Origin: an uncultured candidatus Porisulfidus sp.
GTDB taxonomy: Bacteria; Pseudomonadota; Gammaproteobacteria; Poriferisulfidales; Poriferisulfidaceae
Length of the DNA: 64,000 bases
Reading direction: 5' to 3'
NCBI GenBank assembly: GCA_965204575.1
Contig: OZ241993.1
Location: forward strand, 608,001-672,000
Both the position numbers and the translations under genes were made by a program. Positions 11,358 to 23,000 of the stretch are shown one piece after another (the first letter of the stretch is position 1; each line of letters begins with the position of its first letter). A model generated the notes under the pieces. That model saw only the letters and a program-made list of their open reading frames with translations, was not told the DNA's origin and ran no database searches.

Positions 11358-12662
11358 ATGGCTAAAAAACTGTTCAATCGCCTGTCCGATGCCGTAAAGA
11401 AACACACCGACGGCAATCCCCGGGTCGTGGGGGCTGACGAACACGGCATCAATCCTTCGGAGGTTTCCAGGTCCGCCCGGCGCGTGGTGGAAATCCTGGT
11501 GGAGGGAGGCTACGAGGCCTATATCGTCGGCGGCGGCGTGCGCGACCTGATGCTGGGCCTGCACCCGAAAGACTTCGACATTGCTACGGACGCCCGTCCC
11601 GAGCAGGTGAAGAACCTGTTCGACCGCTGCCGCATCGTCGGTCGGCGGTTCCGGCTCGCGCATGTGTACGTGGGCCGAGACCTGATCGAGGTCGCGACGT
11701 TCCGGGGCGGGCACCGTTCGCGCTCCGGGCGCGCCCATGTCTCGGTGACCTTGGGGGGGCGAATTCTTCGCGACAACGCATACGGGACGATCGACCGCGA
11801 CGCGTTGCGGCGGGATTTCACGGCCAACTCCCTGTTCTACGACCCGATCCGGAACACCGTGCTGGACTTCGTCGGTGGCGTGGAGGATCTGAAGCAGCGT
11901 CGCCTGCGCATGATCGGCAAGCCTGCAGTGCGTTTTCGCGAGGACCCGGTGCGATTGCTGCGCGCGGTGCGTTTTGCGGCCAAGCTCAACTTCCGGATGG
12001 ATCCGGCCATGGAGCAATTGATTCCCGAACTGGCGGACCTGCTTGACGCCATTTCACCGGCCCGGCTGTTCGACGAAGGCATCAAGCTCCTGCACAGCGG
12101 CGCGGCCGAGCGCACGTTTGAGCTGTTGCGCGACAAGGGATTGCTGCACCAGTTGTTCCCACGTACGGAGGCGGCTTTGGAGCGGGACCACCCGGAAGAT
12201 CTGGAGTTCATCTGCTTGGCGCTGGCGAACACGGACGAACGGGTGCGTTCGGGCATGCCGGTCTCCCCGGCTTTCGCCTACGCGGTATTGATGTGGCCGT
12301 ATGTGCGCCAACTGCTGGATGAACTGGAACCGGGGGAGTTCAGCCCTCGCGATGCGTTGTCGATTTGTGCTGACCGGGCCTTGGAGCATCAGGCGCGGAC
12401 CATCAGCATCCCGTTTCGTCATGCCCAGATGATCCGTGAGATCTGGATTCGCCAGCCGCAGTTGGAAACAGGCCCGCGCAGTCACCCTGAACGGGTGATG
12501 TCGCGCAGCGCATTTCGTGCCGCATATGATTTCCTCGGGTTGCGCGCGCTGAGGGACGAGCGGTTGCAGGGGGCTCACCAGGCTTGGACGCGGGCCCAGG
12601 AAAAATACGAAGCAGGACCCAGCGACGCTCCCCGACGCCGTCGCCGCCGTCGGCGGAGATAA
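11358..12662 (+). CDS. pcnB: Poly(A) polymerase I
   Basis: VGGGVRDL, PKDFDIAT, IVGRRFRLAHV signature, RRDFTAN, EDPVRLLRAVRF, Arg-rich C-terminus; pcnB-folK-pan synteny. Confidence 0.95.
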   Translation: MAKKLFNRLSDAVKKHTDGNPRVVGADEHGINPSEVSRSARRVVEILVEGGYEAYIVGGGVRDLMLGLHPKDFDIATDARPEQVKNLFDRCRIVGRRFRLAHVYVGRDLIEVATFRGGHRSRSGRAHVSVTLGGRILRDNAYGTIDRDALRRDFTANSLFYDPIRNTVLDFVGGVEDLKQRRLRMIGKPAVRFREDPVRLLRAVRFAAKLNFRMDPAMEQLIPELADLLDAISPARLFDEGIKLLHSGAAERTFELLRDKGLLHQLFPRTEAALERDHPEDLEFICLALANTDERVRSGMPVSPAFAYAVLMWPYVRQLLDELEPGEFSPRDALSICADRALEHQARTISIPFRHAQMIREIWIRQPQLETGPRSHPERVMSRSAFRAAYDFLGLRALRDERLQGAHQAWTRAQEKYEAGPSDAPRRRRRRRRR

Positions 12663-12664
12663 TC

Positions 12665-13852
12665 GTGCCTCGGGGAGACATTTACATCGGGCTCGGCAGC
12701 AATCTGGACGGGCCGACCGAGCAAGTCCGCTCCGCGGTGCGCGAACTGGGGCAACTGGCCCAGGTTCGCCTGTGCGCTTCTTCGGGCCTGTACCGGAGCC
12801 CGCCGATGGGTGGGCTGGACCAGCCGGACTACATCAATGCGGTCGTGCAGGTCGAAACCGACCTGGAGCCCGAGCAACTGCTTCACGAACTGCAGGTGAT
12901 CGAGCGTCAACACGGGCGAAAGGAACAACGCGAACGCTGGGCATCGCGGACATTGGACCTGGACCTGCTCTTGTGGGGGCAGGAACGTTTTGACAGCAAG
13001 GCCCTGACGTTGCCGCATCCGGGCCTGCACGAGCGGGCGTTCGTACTGGCTCCGCTGCGGGAACTGGACGCGAATCTGGAAGTGCCCGGGCGGGGCACGG
13101 TGTCGAAGTTGCTGCGGGAGTGCAAGTATTCCCGGGTGGATCGGGTGGGGGCTTGCCAAAGCCTGCCCGACTCGGCACGCCTGATTGCGGTGGAGGGGCC
13201 GATAGGCGTTGGCAAGACCACGCTGTGCAATCGTCTGGCCGCCGATTTCAATGGCCGGCTGATGCTGGAGAACTACCAGGAAAACCCTTTTCTCAAAGAT
13301 TTTTTCGAAGCCCCTGAAAAAACGGCTCTGGCAACCCAGCTGCACTTCCTGACCAGCCGGGCCTGCCAGTTGCAGCAATTGAACCAGGTGGATTTGTTCC
13401 AGCAGCGCACTTTCTCGGATTACGTGTTCGAAAAGAGCGACTGGTTTTCCAGACTGTCGCTTCAGGGCGACGAATATGACCTGTGGCTCAGCTTGTACAC
13501 TCATATGTCCGCCGGGCTTCCACGTCCGGACTTGGTGATCTACCTGCAGGCGCCGGTGTCGGTTTTGCTGGAGCGGATCACGATGCGGGGGCGGTCATTC
13601 GAGCGCACGGTGCGCCCGGAGTTCCTGGAGGCGCTGTCGGCATTGATGGCGGAGCACTTCCGCCATTACTCCGGAACCGTGCTGACGGTCGATACTTCCT
13701 GCGCCAATCTGGCGGAGAGCCTTCAGGACTACCAGAGCCTGCTGGTTGCGCTGGATGGCGTGACCCAGCCCGGCCAGTATTTCCTGGATCCGAGCCAACC
13801 GGAGGGGATGCTGGGTTACATGGCTCCAGCCGGTTCGATGACGCAGACATGA
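12665..13852 (+). CDS. folK: FolK (HPPK) fused to a deoxynucleoside kinase domain
   Basis: YIGLGSNL, DYINAV, RTLDLDLL, LPHP..HERAFVLAPL, then IAVEGPIGVGKTT P-loop and PDLVIYLQA in one frame; GTG start inferred at 12665. Confidence 0.88.
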   Translation: MPRGDIYIGLGSNLDGPTEQVRSAVRELGQLAQVRLCASSGLYRSPPMGGLDQPDYINAVVQVETDLEPEQLLHELQVIERQHGRKEQRERWASRTLDLDLLLWGQERFDSKALTLPHPGLHERAFVLAPLRELDANLEVPGRGTVSKLLRECKYSRVDRVGACQSLPDSARLIAVEGPIGVGKTTLCNRLAADFNGRLMLENYQENPFLKDFFEAPEKTALATQLHFLTSRACQLQQLNQVDLFQQRTFSDYVFEKSDWFSRLSLQGDEYDLWLSLYTHMSAGLPRPDLVIYLQAPVSVLLERITMRGRSFERTVRPEFLEALSALMAEHFRHYSGTVLTVDTSCANLAESLQDYQSLLVALDGVTQPGQYFLDPSQPEGMLGYMAPAGSMTQT

Positions 13853-14637
13853 GTGCACCGGATTCTCCCGTGACGCTTGACGCCCTGCGCCGGATGGTGC
13901 GGGAGGGCAAGAATCGTTTTGCTGGCCTGACGGCCTACGATGCGACGTTCACGCGCGTGCTTGACGCATGCGGAGTGGAGTTCATCTTGGTCGGTGACTC
14001 TCTTGGCATGGTTATTCAGGGCCATCCCAACACTCAGCCGGTGACCATGGACGACATGGTCTACCACACGCAATGCGTCGCCCGCAGCATTCAGCGCGCC
14101 CTGCTGATCAGCGACCTGCCGTATATGAGTTGCTGCGATGTGCCCATGGCGCAAGCCAATGCCGCGCGGCTGGTGCAGGAAGGTGGCGCGCAGGTGGTCA
14201 AACTCGAGGCCTCCCAGGACCAGGTCGAAATCGTTCGTGCCTTGTCCGATCAGGGCACCCCGGTCTGTGCGCACCTGGGGCTTCGCCCGCAGAGCCTGAC
14301 CAAACTGACTGGGATCCGGCGGCACGGGCGCACTGCCGAGGAAGCGGACGAACTGCGGGAGACGGCGCTCGCGCTGGAAGAAGCGGGCGCGGACCTGCTG
14401 CTGCTGGAATGCGTGGTCGACGACTTGGCTGCGGAAATCACCGAACAGGCGGGAATCCCGGTAATCGGCATCGGTTCCGGCGCGGCCTGCGATGGACAGA
14501 TCCTGGTGCTGTACGACCTGTTGGGGTTGACCGACCCGGCTCCAAAACACGCCCGCAGCTTCATGAATTCGGGCCGGGGTGTCGCGGATGCAGTCCGGGC
14601 CTACGTCGAAGCGGTTCATTCCGGATCCTTCCCATGA
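13849..14637 (+). CDS. panB: 3-methyl-2-oxobutanoate hydroxymethyltransferase
   Basis: LTAYDA, ILVGDSLGM, VKLE, HLGLRPQS, IGIGSG, DGQILV. Confidence 0.95.
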   Translation: MSAPDSPVTLDALRRMVREGKNRFAGLTAYDATFTRVLDACGVEFILVGDSLGMVIQGHPNTQPVTMDDMVYHTQCVARSIQRALLISDLPYMSCCDVPMAQANAARLVQEGGAQVVKLEASQDQVEIVRALSDQGTPVCAHLGLRPQSLTKLTGIRRHGRTAEEADELRETALALEEAGADLLLLECVVDDLAAEITEQAGIPVIGIGSGAACDGQILVLYDLLGLTDPAPKHARSFMNSGRGVADAVRAYVEAVHSGSFP

Positions 14638-15479
14638 TCCTGTGCCGCACGGCGGCGCAACTTCAGGCCGCATTGACCCGGCAGCCCGAAGAACGGACCC
14701 TGGTGCCGACCATGGGCGGCCTGCACGCCGGGCACCTGAGTTTGATCGAACATGCGCGGCAGCGTCCCGGGATCGTGCTGGCCACCGTTTTCGTCAACCG
14801 ACACCAGTTCGACGACCCGGAGGATTTCGCCAACTACCCCCGCGAAGAGGAAGAGGACTTCGAACGCCTGCGCCAGGCGGGGGTCGATCTGACGTATGCC
14901 CCGGACGAGCAGGAAGTCTGGGGCGGCGAGCCTCCCCGGCTGGAGGCGTTCGAGATCCCGGGCTTGACGGATGTGCTGGAGGGTCGGTATCGCCCGGGGC
15001 ACCTGACGGCGGTAGCGGCAGTGGTCAGCCGGCTGTTCGACCAGACGGCGCCGACGGCCGCCGTGTTCGGCGAGAAGGATTACCAGCAGCTGGTGCTGGT
15101 GCGGCACCTGGCGGCGGAATGCCAGCCGCCGATCCGAATTATTGCCGCTCCGGTCGTACGTGAGCCGGACGGCCTGGCCATGAGTTCACGAAACCGAAGG
15201 CTGGATCCCCAGTCGCGTGAACAGGCGGCTGGATTGCACCGGACCCTGGAAGCGGCCGCAGAATCGATCAAGAACGGGCTTGATGTCGAGCAGGCGCAAC
15301 GGCAGGCGTTTGAGACCTTGGTCGGGTCGGGATTTGAACCGGACTATGTCGAGGTGCGCGAAGCGGATTCCCTGTGCCGGCCCGCCCCAACCGACCGGGA
15401 TCTCGTCATTCTGGCCGCGGCGCGGTTGTCGGGGGTGCGGTTGCTGGATGTCGTCCGTTTCGGCCCGGCCTTGTCGTGA
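14634..15479 (+). CDS. panC: Pantoate-beta-alanine ligase
   Basis: VPTMGGLHAGHLSL, FGEKDYQQ, REPDGLAMSSRN, VRLLD. Confidence 0.95.
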   Translation: MILCRTAAQLQAALTRQPEERTLVPTMGGLHAGHLSLIEHARQRPGIVLATVFVNRHQFDDPEDFANYPREEEEDFERLRQAGVDLTYAPDEQEVWGGEPPRLEAFEIPGLTDVLEGRYRPGHLTAVAAVVSRLFDQTAPTAAVFGEKDYQQLVLVRHLAAECQPPIRIIAAPVVREPDGLAMSSRNRRLDPQSREQAAGLHRTLEAAAESIKNGLDVEQAQRQAFETLVGSGFEPDYVEVREADSLCRPAPTDRDLVILAAARLSGVRLLDVVRFGPALS

Positions 15480-15531
15480 GACCCTAGCAAGCCGCCGAAA
15501 TTTTTTGGCCGGGGCGTCGGTTGCACTGACG

Positions 15532-16431
15532 CTATGCGAGGTCGTGCCGTTCGAGAAACTCGCGGGTTACGGCAACGCACTCCTCGGGTTTTTCCAGTTG
15601 AAGCAGATGCGTCGTTTCGGGGATGAAATCGTAATCCACTTCATAGGCGAGCCGCTGGTCGAGCGTGGGCAGGTACGAGTGCGGCAAGGTAGGGTCGGCA
15701 CCGACGATCTTCTTCGGACAGGCGAGAAGATCGAGATCAAGCAGCGGAAAGAAACTCCGGCCGTATTCCATGAGATTCGCTTCGTATTCGCGGGGGCAGC
15801 GAAGCTCGTAACCGTGACCGCCCGCGGATCCTCGAAGCGTCGTCAGCGCCATGAGCTCGTGCACGCCAGGGATAACCCTCTTGAACGATGGAAGAAACTT
15901 CAGCAGCTCGACAAACTCCTCCCGTGACTTGAAGCGCTCTTCCCGCTGCCGGGTCTTGGCAGCCACGAGCGCGGCGGCTTCTAGAAGTTCCGTCTGACTC
16001 ATGTCGTGCTTGGCCAGGGGCGGATCGAACAAAACCAGTGCCGAATAGATCTTGCTGCAGGACAAAATGGCGACAATTGAGGTGAGGGAGTGAAAGATGC
16101 CGATCGTCGGCTTGCTGCCATACACACGATCGATGGATTCGAGAATAATGTCGTGATCGCAAACGAGCGTCGGAATGTTGTGATCCCTCCGGGCACCGAC
16201 GCTATTCCAACCGTGGTTCCTGAGGTCGTAGACCATCACGTCGTAGTCGTTCGCGAGCAGAGACCAGAACGGGTAATAAAGATCGGCGGCGAGACCACTG
16301 CCGTGGCTCAAGACGATCCGGGTGCCTGACGGATTGCCGTGCTGGCGCACGGTGGTGACGGTATCGTCGTCGAGACGAACATCGAGGGTTGACAAGGGGT
16401 TGGGTATCTCCCACACGATGTCAGTCGTCAT
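15532..16431 (-). CDS. Alpha/beta hydrolase of the sup cluster
   Basis: LSHGSG, YDLRNHG, IFHSL nucleophile region, LFDPP, THLLQLEKP; next to ACP and PKS. Confidence 0.8.
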   Translation of the reverse strand: MTTDIVWEIPNPLSTLDVRLDDDTVTTVRQHGNPSGTRIVLSHGSGLAADLYYPFWSLLANDYDVMVYDLRNHGWNSVGARRDHNIPTLVCDHDIILESIDRVYGSKPTIGIFHSLTSIVAILSCSKIYSALVLFDPPLAKHDMSQTELLEAAALVAAKTRQREERFKSREEFVELLKFLPSFKRVIPGVHELMALTTLRGSAGGHGYELRCPREYEANLMEYGRSFFPLLDLDLLACPKKIVGADPTLPHSYLPTLDQRLAYEVDYDFIPETTHLLQLEKPEECVAVTREFLERHDLA

Positions 16432-16459
16432 GGCAGAGGGTCCGGGCGCCTCCCAATAC

Positions 16460-16545
16460 GCGTTCCGAACGGAACGCAGGGTTGCCGAGATCGCGGGGCA
16501 GCCGATACCGGAATTGCCGACCGCCTTCGGGTTCGAGGCGGTCGG
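16460..16545. repeat. Two perfect inverted repeats in the ACP-hydrolase intergenic region
   Basis: GCGTTCCG-AA-CGGAACGC (16460-16477) and CCGACCGCCT-N9-AGGCGGTCGG (16517-16545); no U-tract. Confidence 0.6.
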
Positions 16546-16603
16546 TCTTGCTCAACTGGTGCCAAGGATTATCCGGCGAGTGCGTGGATGCTATCTGGGA
16601 TGC

Positions 16604-16834
16604 TTACTGGCCGCGCGCGTCGATGAAGCTTACAAGTTCGCGGAGGTTCTTGAACTGTGCGCATTCATCCGCAACCAATCCGAGGCCGAATTCCTGGTTG
16701 ACCAGTTTGAAAAACGCGATCGCATCCACCGAAGAAACTCCGATGTCACTGAATGATTGGTCGAAATCTGGGTCATGGCCTAGGTCGAGGTTGTCGGTGA
16801 TGAGCGTTCTTAGGCGGTCTTCGGTTCCAGACAT
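16604..16834 (-). CDS. supB: Free-standing acyl carrier protein (SupB-like)
   Basis: 76-aa acidic protein, FSDIGVSSVD phosphopantetheine site, FGL..., LRELVSFID; divergent from the PKS. Confidence 0.8.
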   Translation of the reverse strand: MSGTEDRLRTLITDNLDLGHDPDFDQSFSDIGVSSVDAIAFFKLVNQEFGLGLVADECAQFKNLRELVSFIDARGQ

Positions 16835-17091
16835 GTGTATTTCTCCCTGAAAGTGAATGTTATTGTTATGTGTTCAGTCCGAAGTTCCCAGCCCAAATTG
16901 GACGTGGAGATGACCGGACAAACTGATGTCCCTACGAGGGCAAAGTACCGCTCGCTGGACATCTCGGACATTGTAGCATTGGCGCTTCACGAATTTGTGT
17001 GCACAAAACCTCGAAGCGCCCAAGTTTGCCGCTGGGCTCGACTTGGAATACGATATTTTAAATTCATTCCAGTTCAGGTAACGAGCCCTCT

Positions 17092-20000
17092 ATGGCAAAG
17101 CCGGACAAATCTTCTACCCCTCCTGACCCTCAGGAATCGAAGCGCGTCGCGGGCGACCCGCCCATAGCGGTTATCGGCATGGCCTGCCGGTTTCCCGGCG
17201 CGCCGGATATCCCGGCTTTCTGGCGCCTGCTCGAAAGCGGCGGGAACTCGATCAGCGAGGGAATCTCCGGCGCGGGCGCCGAGCGCATGGGAGAACTTTT
17301 CCCTGGCGGTGTGGTTCCGAATGAAGCCTGCCGCTTCGGGTCCTTCGTTGCCGACATCGACCAGTTCGACGCCTCGTTTTTCCGGATTTCACCGGCAGAG
17401 GCGCAATTGATGGATCCGCAGCAGCGCATGATGCTGGAGACGAGCTGGCAGGCACTTGAGGATGCGGGGATCGATCCGGACCGGCTCAAAGGCGGCCAGA
17501 CCGGCGTCTACACCGGGATCAGCAATGACGAGTATCGGATGCTGGTCCTGGACACGACCAAACCGACCGAGGCGGCCGGATGCCTCTATGCCCTCAGCGG
17601 CACCAACCTGAACGGCGCCAGCGGGCGGGTGTCTTTCGTATTGGGTCTCATGGGGCCGGCGAAAGCCGTGGATGCCGCTTGCGCGTCGTCCCTGGTCTCG
17701 GTCCACGATGCGGTGGTTGATCTGCAGCAAGGCAAGGCGGACCTGGCCATTGCCGGCGGCGTGCAGGCCCTCCTGAACGGCCGCGTATACGAACTGCGTG
17801 CGGATGCAATGATGCTGTCTCCCGACGGCCAATGCAAGACTTTTGATGCATCTGCGAACGGTTACGTACGCGGCGAAGGCTGTGGGGTCGTGATCCTCAA
17901 ACGGCTGAGCGAGGCGGAAGCGGATGGCGACCGCATCTGGGGCGTCATCCGAAGTTCGGCAGTGAATCACGGCGGAGCCAGCGTCGGACTGACGGTTCCC
18001 AATACGCCTGCGTTGGAACAGGTGATCGAGACGGCACTGTCGCGGGCCGGCATTCCCCCGTCGGAAGTGGATTACCTGGAGGCGCACGGAACCGGAACGA
18101 CGGTGGGTGATCCCATCGAAATCAATGCGGTGGCCTCTGTCTACGGGAAGGATCGCGAGGCCGATCATCCACTTCTGGTCGGTTCCGTAAAAACCAACGT
18201 CGGCCACCTGGAGTCTGCCGCCGGGGTTGCCGGACTGATCAAGGCAGTGTTGGCGGTGGAGCGGGGCATCATCCCGAAACACCTGCACTTCCAGGACCCC
18301 CACCCGGGCATCGACTGGGATCATCTGCCGCTGCAGATCACCTCGTCCACGACGGACTGGCCACGCCACCGCGGGCGGCCGCGATTGGCGGGCGTGAACT
18401 CCTTCGGGATATCCGGGACGAATGCCCACATTGTGGTGGAAGAGTACGACGGTCCGAGCCCGGCCCTTGGCGAAGGATATCGGGCTGCGGGTTCCGCGAA
18501 GGCCGTGGAGATCTCGACGCCGGGGACCGTGGCGGATCTGCCGTTGCCGGAACAGGAAGGGAGCGGACGCAAGAGCCGTCTGTTGCCGTTGTCGGGCAAA
18601 TCGGAGGGCGCGCTTCGGAAACTGGCAAAGCGGTACCTGTCGTGGCTCGGCGACCGGACCGAAGAATCCCCGGAAAACGTTGCCGTGGAACCGTTGCTGT
18701 CGGACATGGCGTGGACCGCCGGCGTGGGGCGGAGCCATTTCGATCACCGCGCGGGGATCGTGTTCCGCGATGCCGAGTCGCTGCGGGAACGCCTGAAGGA
18801 TTTGGCTGAAGCGGACGACGGCGTGAAACCCGGGATGGCGGCCAAGGTGGCATTTGCCTACACCGGGCAGGGAAGCCAGTGGGCCGGCATGGGGCAGGCA
18901 ATCTACGAACACGAACCGATAGCGCGCGCGGTTCTGGATCGCTGCGAAGCGGCATTCCGGGGTGAGCGGGGAACCTCCCTGCTGGACGTGATGTTCGGCC
19001 GGGCCGAGGGTGAAGGCGAACTTGAAGACACGGCGTGGGAGCAACCGGCTCTCTACGCTTTGGAGTGCGCGCTGACGGCGCTATGGACGAGTTTGGGCAT
19101 CAGGCCCAGCGTGGTCGTGGGGCACAGCGTCGGAGAACTGGCGGCGGCACAGGCGGCGGGGGTGTTCAGCCTGGAGGACGGGATGCGGTTTGCCGCAACC
19201 CGGGGCGCCTTGCTGTCGGGAACCGAACCGGGCGCCATGGCCGCAGTTTTCGCGCCGGCGGAGCAGGTGGCATCGGAGGTCGAGGCATTCAATGCGTCGT
19301 CGTCCAACGCCAGGCTGAGCGTTTCGGGGTACAACGGAACCCATCAGGTGATCAGCGGTCCGATCGAGGAAATCGAAGCCATTTCGAAACACCTCGAATC
19401 GGAAGGGACCCGGGTCAAGCGGCTGAACACGGCCCGAGCATTCCACAGTGCCCTGGTGGAGCCGGCCCTGGCCGCGCTGGAAGCATCCCTGGAGGGCATC
19501 GCAATCAAGCCTCCCTCCCTGACCGTGGTCAGCAACCTGACGGGTCAAGCCGTCGGACCGGACGAGTTGCTGGACGGGGCCTATTGGAGAAGGCATGCCC
19601 GGGAGCCGGTGGCATTCGCTCGCGGTGCCGAGACACTGGCGGAACTCGGGGTGGGTCTGGTGCTGGAGATCGGCCCACGCTCCGTGTTGGCCCCTATGGC
19701 AGCTGCGGCTTGGCCTGAATCCGCACAGGCTCCCGCAGTGCTGTCGAGCCTGCGCCCGCCATCCGGCAACGGCAAGGCATCCGGAAGCGGCAGTGATTTT
19801 GCAGAGGCAGTCGCGGAAGCCTATCAGGCAGGGCTGCAGATTTATTTCCCGGGGCTTTTCACGGGCGAAACGCGGCGACGAATTTCATTGCCGGGCTACC
19901 CGTTCCAGCGTGAACGCCACTGGGTCGAGGCCTCGAAGCGACGGCACTTGGCCGAGGGCCATCCCTTGCTGGGCGTCCGGCATGAATCCGCCAACGGCGA

Positions 20001-23000
20001 GATCACGTTCGAGACCGAGATCTTCCCCTCGGATCCGACATGGCTGAGCGACCATCGGGTGTTCGGCCGGCTCATCGCACCGGGCGCACTTTATGGCGCC
20101 ATGGCGGCATCGGCTTCTCTTGCCGAAGGCGGCCGGTCGATGGTGGTGGAAGACCTGCAGTTGCATAACCCGCTGATCTTTTCGAACGAGGAGACCGGGG
20201 AAGGGGAGGAAGAGAATGGCCGAAAAGTGCAGGTCGTGCTCGATGCCCCCGGACAGGCGCCATCGCAGCGTGTCCGGATATTCAGCAAGGGAAGCGAGGA
20301 AGACTGGGTTCAGCACATTGAGGGCCGCGTGTCGCCGGGCACCTCCATGCCGGAAGACAGCGCGCGGATCGATGTCGAAAAACTGAAGTCCGACCTGTCG
20401 CCGGCTGACGTGCCAGCCTATTACCGTGCCAAGGCGGCGACCGGGATCGACCTCGGCCCATTCTTCCGCACGTTGGGGAAGGTGTGGTCCGGGCCAGGTG
20501 AAGCATTGGGAGAAGTATCTTTGCCGGAATCCCTGGGCCGGAACGAACTGGACGTCCACCCGCTCGTACTGGACGGTTGCTTCCAGGTCGTGGGCGTGGC
20601 GCGAAACATGACGGGCGCCCAGGGGGAGGCGACGTACCTGCCGTTCGGCTGGGAGCGGCTGTGGCTGGCGAAGCGGCTGCCGGACCGGGTGCTTTGCCAC
20701 GTGCGCATCAATGAGGCTCCCGGGCAATCGGAGGGAAAAACGGGCCAGGCGCCGGAGGTCCTGAGCGGGGAATTGCGCATTTACGATCCGGACGGGGTTT
20801 TGCTTGGCGGATTGAGCGGGTACACGGTGAAACGGGCGACGCGGGCGGCGCTGTTGTCGGCGGTCGAGGGGGTGAAGGACCTGCTGTACGAGGTTGTCTG
20901 GCGCGACTGTGCCCTCGCACAGGGAATCACTCCCGCCGACTTCTTCCCGGATCCGTCTTCTGTCGCGGCTCGCACGGGATTGTTCTCCGAGTATGTGGCA
21001 GCCGAGGGGGTCAAGCCGGAGGACCGGAGTTCCCTGCTGATGGATCTGGAGCGGTGGTCGCGCTCCTATGCGCTCACGAACCTGGAGAAGCTGGGCTGGC
21101 AGCGCGAGGTGGGCATGACCGTAGACCCCGATGAGCTGCGGCAACGCTTGGGAGTCATCGAGGATCACAAGCGCCTGTTCCGCCGGCTGTTCGAAATGCT
21201 CGCCAAATCAGGAGTGCTGGAGGAGACGGAGGAGGGCTTCACCGTCGTGGTGGGGCCGGAAGACCCGCTGCCGGACGAACTGCCGGACAATCCCGAGGAA
21301 TTCCACGCCCGGATGGCCGAACGCTATCCCCATGGCTCGACCGAGATCGGGTTGTTCCGCCGGTCCGGCGGTGCCCTGGTCGAAGTGCTGCGCGGTCAAG
21401 AGGACCCACTGACGCTCCTGTTCAGCAGCGGAGAACCGACTGCGGCGGATCTGTACCTGAAGGCGCCGGTCGCCCGCGCCGCGAACCGGTTGCTGGCCGA
21501 CGCGGTTCGGACGCTGGTGTCCGCATTGCCCGAGGGGCGGCGCCTCAGGGTCATCGAAGTCGGTGCAGGCACGGGATCGGCGACTGCGTCCGTCCTCCCG
21601 GAGCTTCCGCAGGGACGGTTCGACTACACGTACACGGACATTTCGGCAGGCTTCTTCTCGGAAGCGGAGGCCCGCTTCGGAGATGCCGGCGGCTGCATCG
21701 AATACCGACCGCTGGATATTGAAAAGGACCCCATCGATCAAGGCTTCAACTCCCACGGCTATGACTTGCTGATTGCATCCAATGTGCTTCACGCGACGCG
21801 CCATCTTGATGAAACATTGGGGCACTGCCGGGATATTCTTGCCCCATCGGGACAGTTGATCGCGCTTGAGAACCTCCACGGCCAGGGCTGGATGGATCTG
21901 ACTTTCGGACAGTTGGACGGCTGGTGGCGGTTTGCCGACGACTACCGTCCCCACCACGCCCTCGCGAGCCCTGCGGTGTGGCGTCAAGCACTTGGCAACT
22001 CGGGTTTCGGAGAGGTGGAAGTTCTTGGCGTGGACGAGTCCGATGCAGCCAAGATGCCGGATAAGGGCGTGATCGTCGCACGGGGTCCCGCGGAAGTGGC
22101 GGAGCCCCCGGGCGTATGGGTGCTGGCAGCGTCTCGCGGAGACAGGGCTGCAGATCTTGCGGGCTTGTTGGCGGCAAGGAACCAGACGGTCGTATTGGCG
22201 GGGAGCGAATCGCCCGAAGACGGGCAATTGGCAACAGGTGGTCCCGGCGTCTTCAGGGCCGCGGTGGAAATGGATCAGCGCGAATCGTGGCAGTCCCTGC
22301 TGGAAAGTCTGCCCCAGGAGGCGCCGTTCAACGGCGTGGTGCATCTTGCGGCACTGGACGGCCGTGGGACAGAGGCGGCGGTCGAGGAAATGGCGGAAGA
22401 CGTCAAACAAATCGGCGCGAGCGCATTGGCGCTGGTGCAGGGCCTGACCGATGCCGGCATCACACCCGAGAAGGGCGTATGGTTTGTTACGCGCGGGGCG
22501 CAAGTGCTGGAGCGGGAACGCGGCGGGGCACTCGCAGGCGCGACACTCTGGGGTTTTGGCAAGGTGGTGGCCCAGGAAGCGGCACATCTGCAACCGAGGA
22601 TGGTCGATCTGGATCCCGCGGAAACAGTTTTCTCGACCGATTTTCTCAACGAATTGCTGTACCCGGACCCGGAAAACCACATCGCTTACCGTTTGGGCGA
22701 CCGCTTGGTTGCGCGCTTGGTTCGGTTCGGCACCGAGGCGGAGCGGCTGGTTCTGCCGGAAGAATCGGACTGGGTCCTGTCTCCGGACCCGGGCGGGGTG
22801 TTCGAGAAGCCGGAAATCAAACTGCTCCCGGAGCGTACCCTGGAGCCGCAGGAAGTCCGCGTTACGGTCGAGGCCACGGGGCTCAACTTCTGGGATGTGT
22901 TCCGCTCGCTCGGTTTCATCGAGGAAGGGAACCTGGGGCGGGAGCTGTGCGGCCACATTCTCGATGTGGGCTCCGATGTCTCTACCGTCTCGGTCGGAGA

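Noticed and set aside
16835-17167. 110-aa ORF in the ACP-PKS divergent spacer, and ORF 57452-58243
   Set aside because: No motifs; the first spans a probable promoter region, the second is antisense to the small Cys protein and the ALDH remnant
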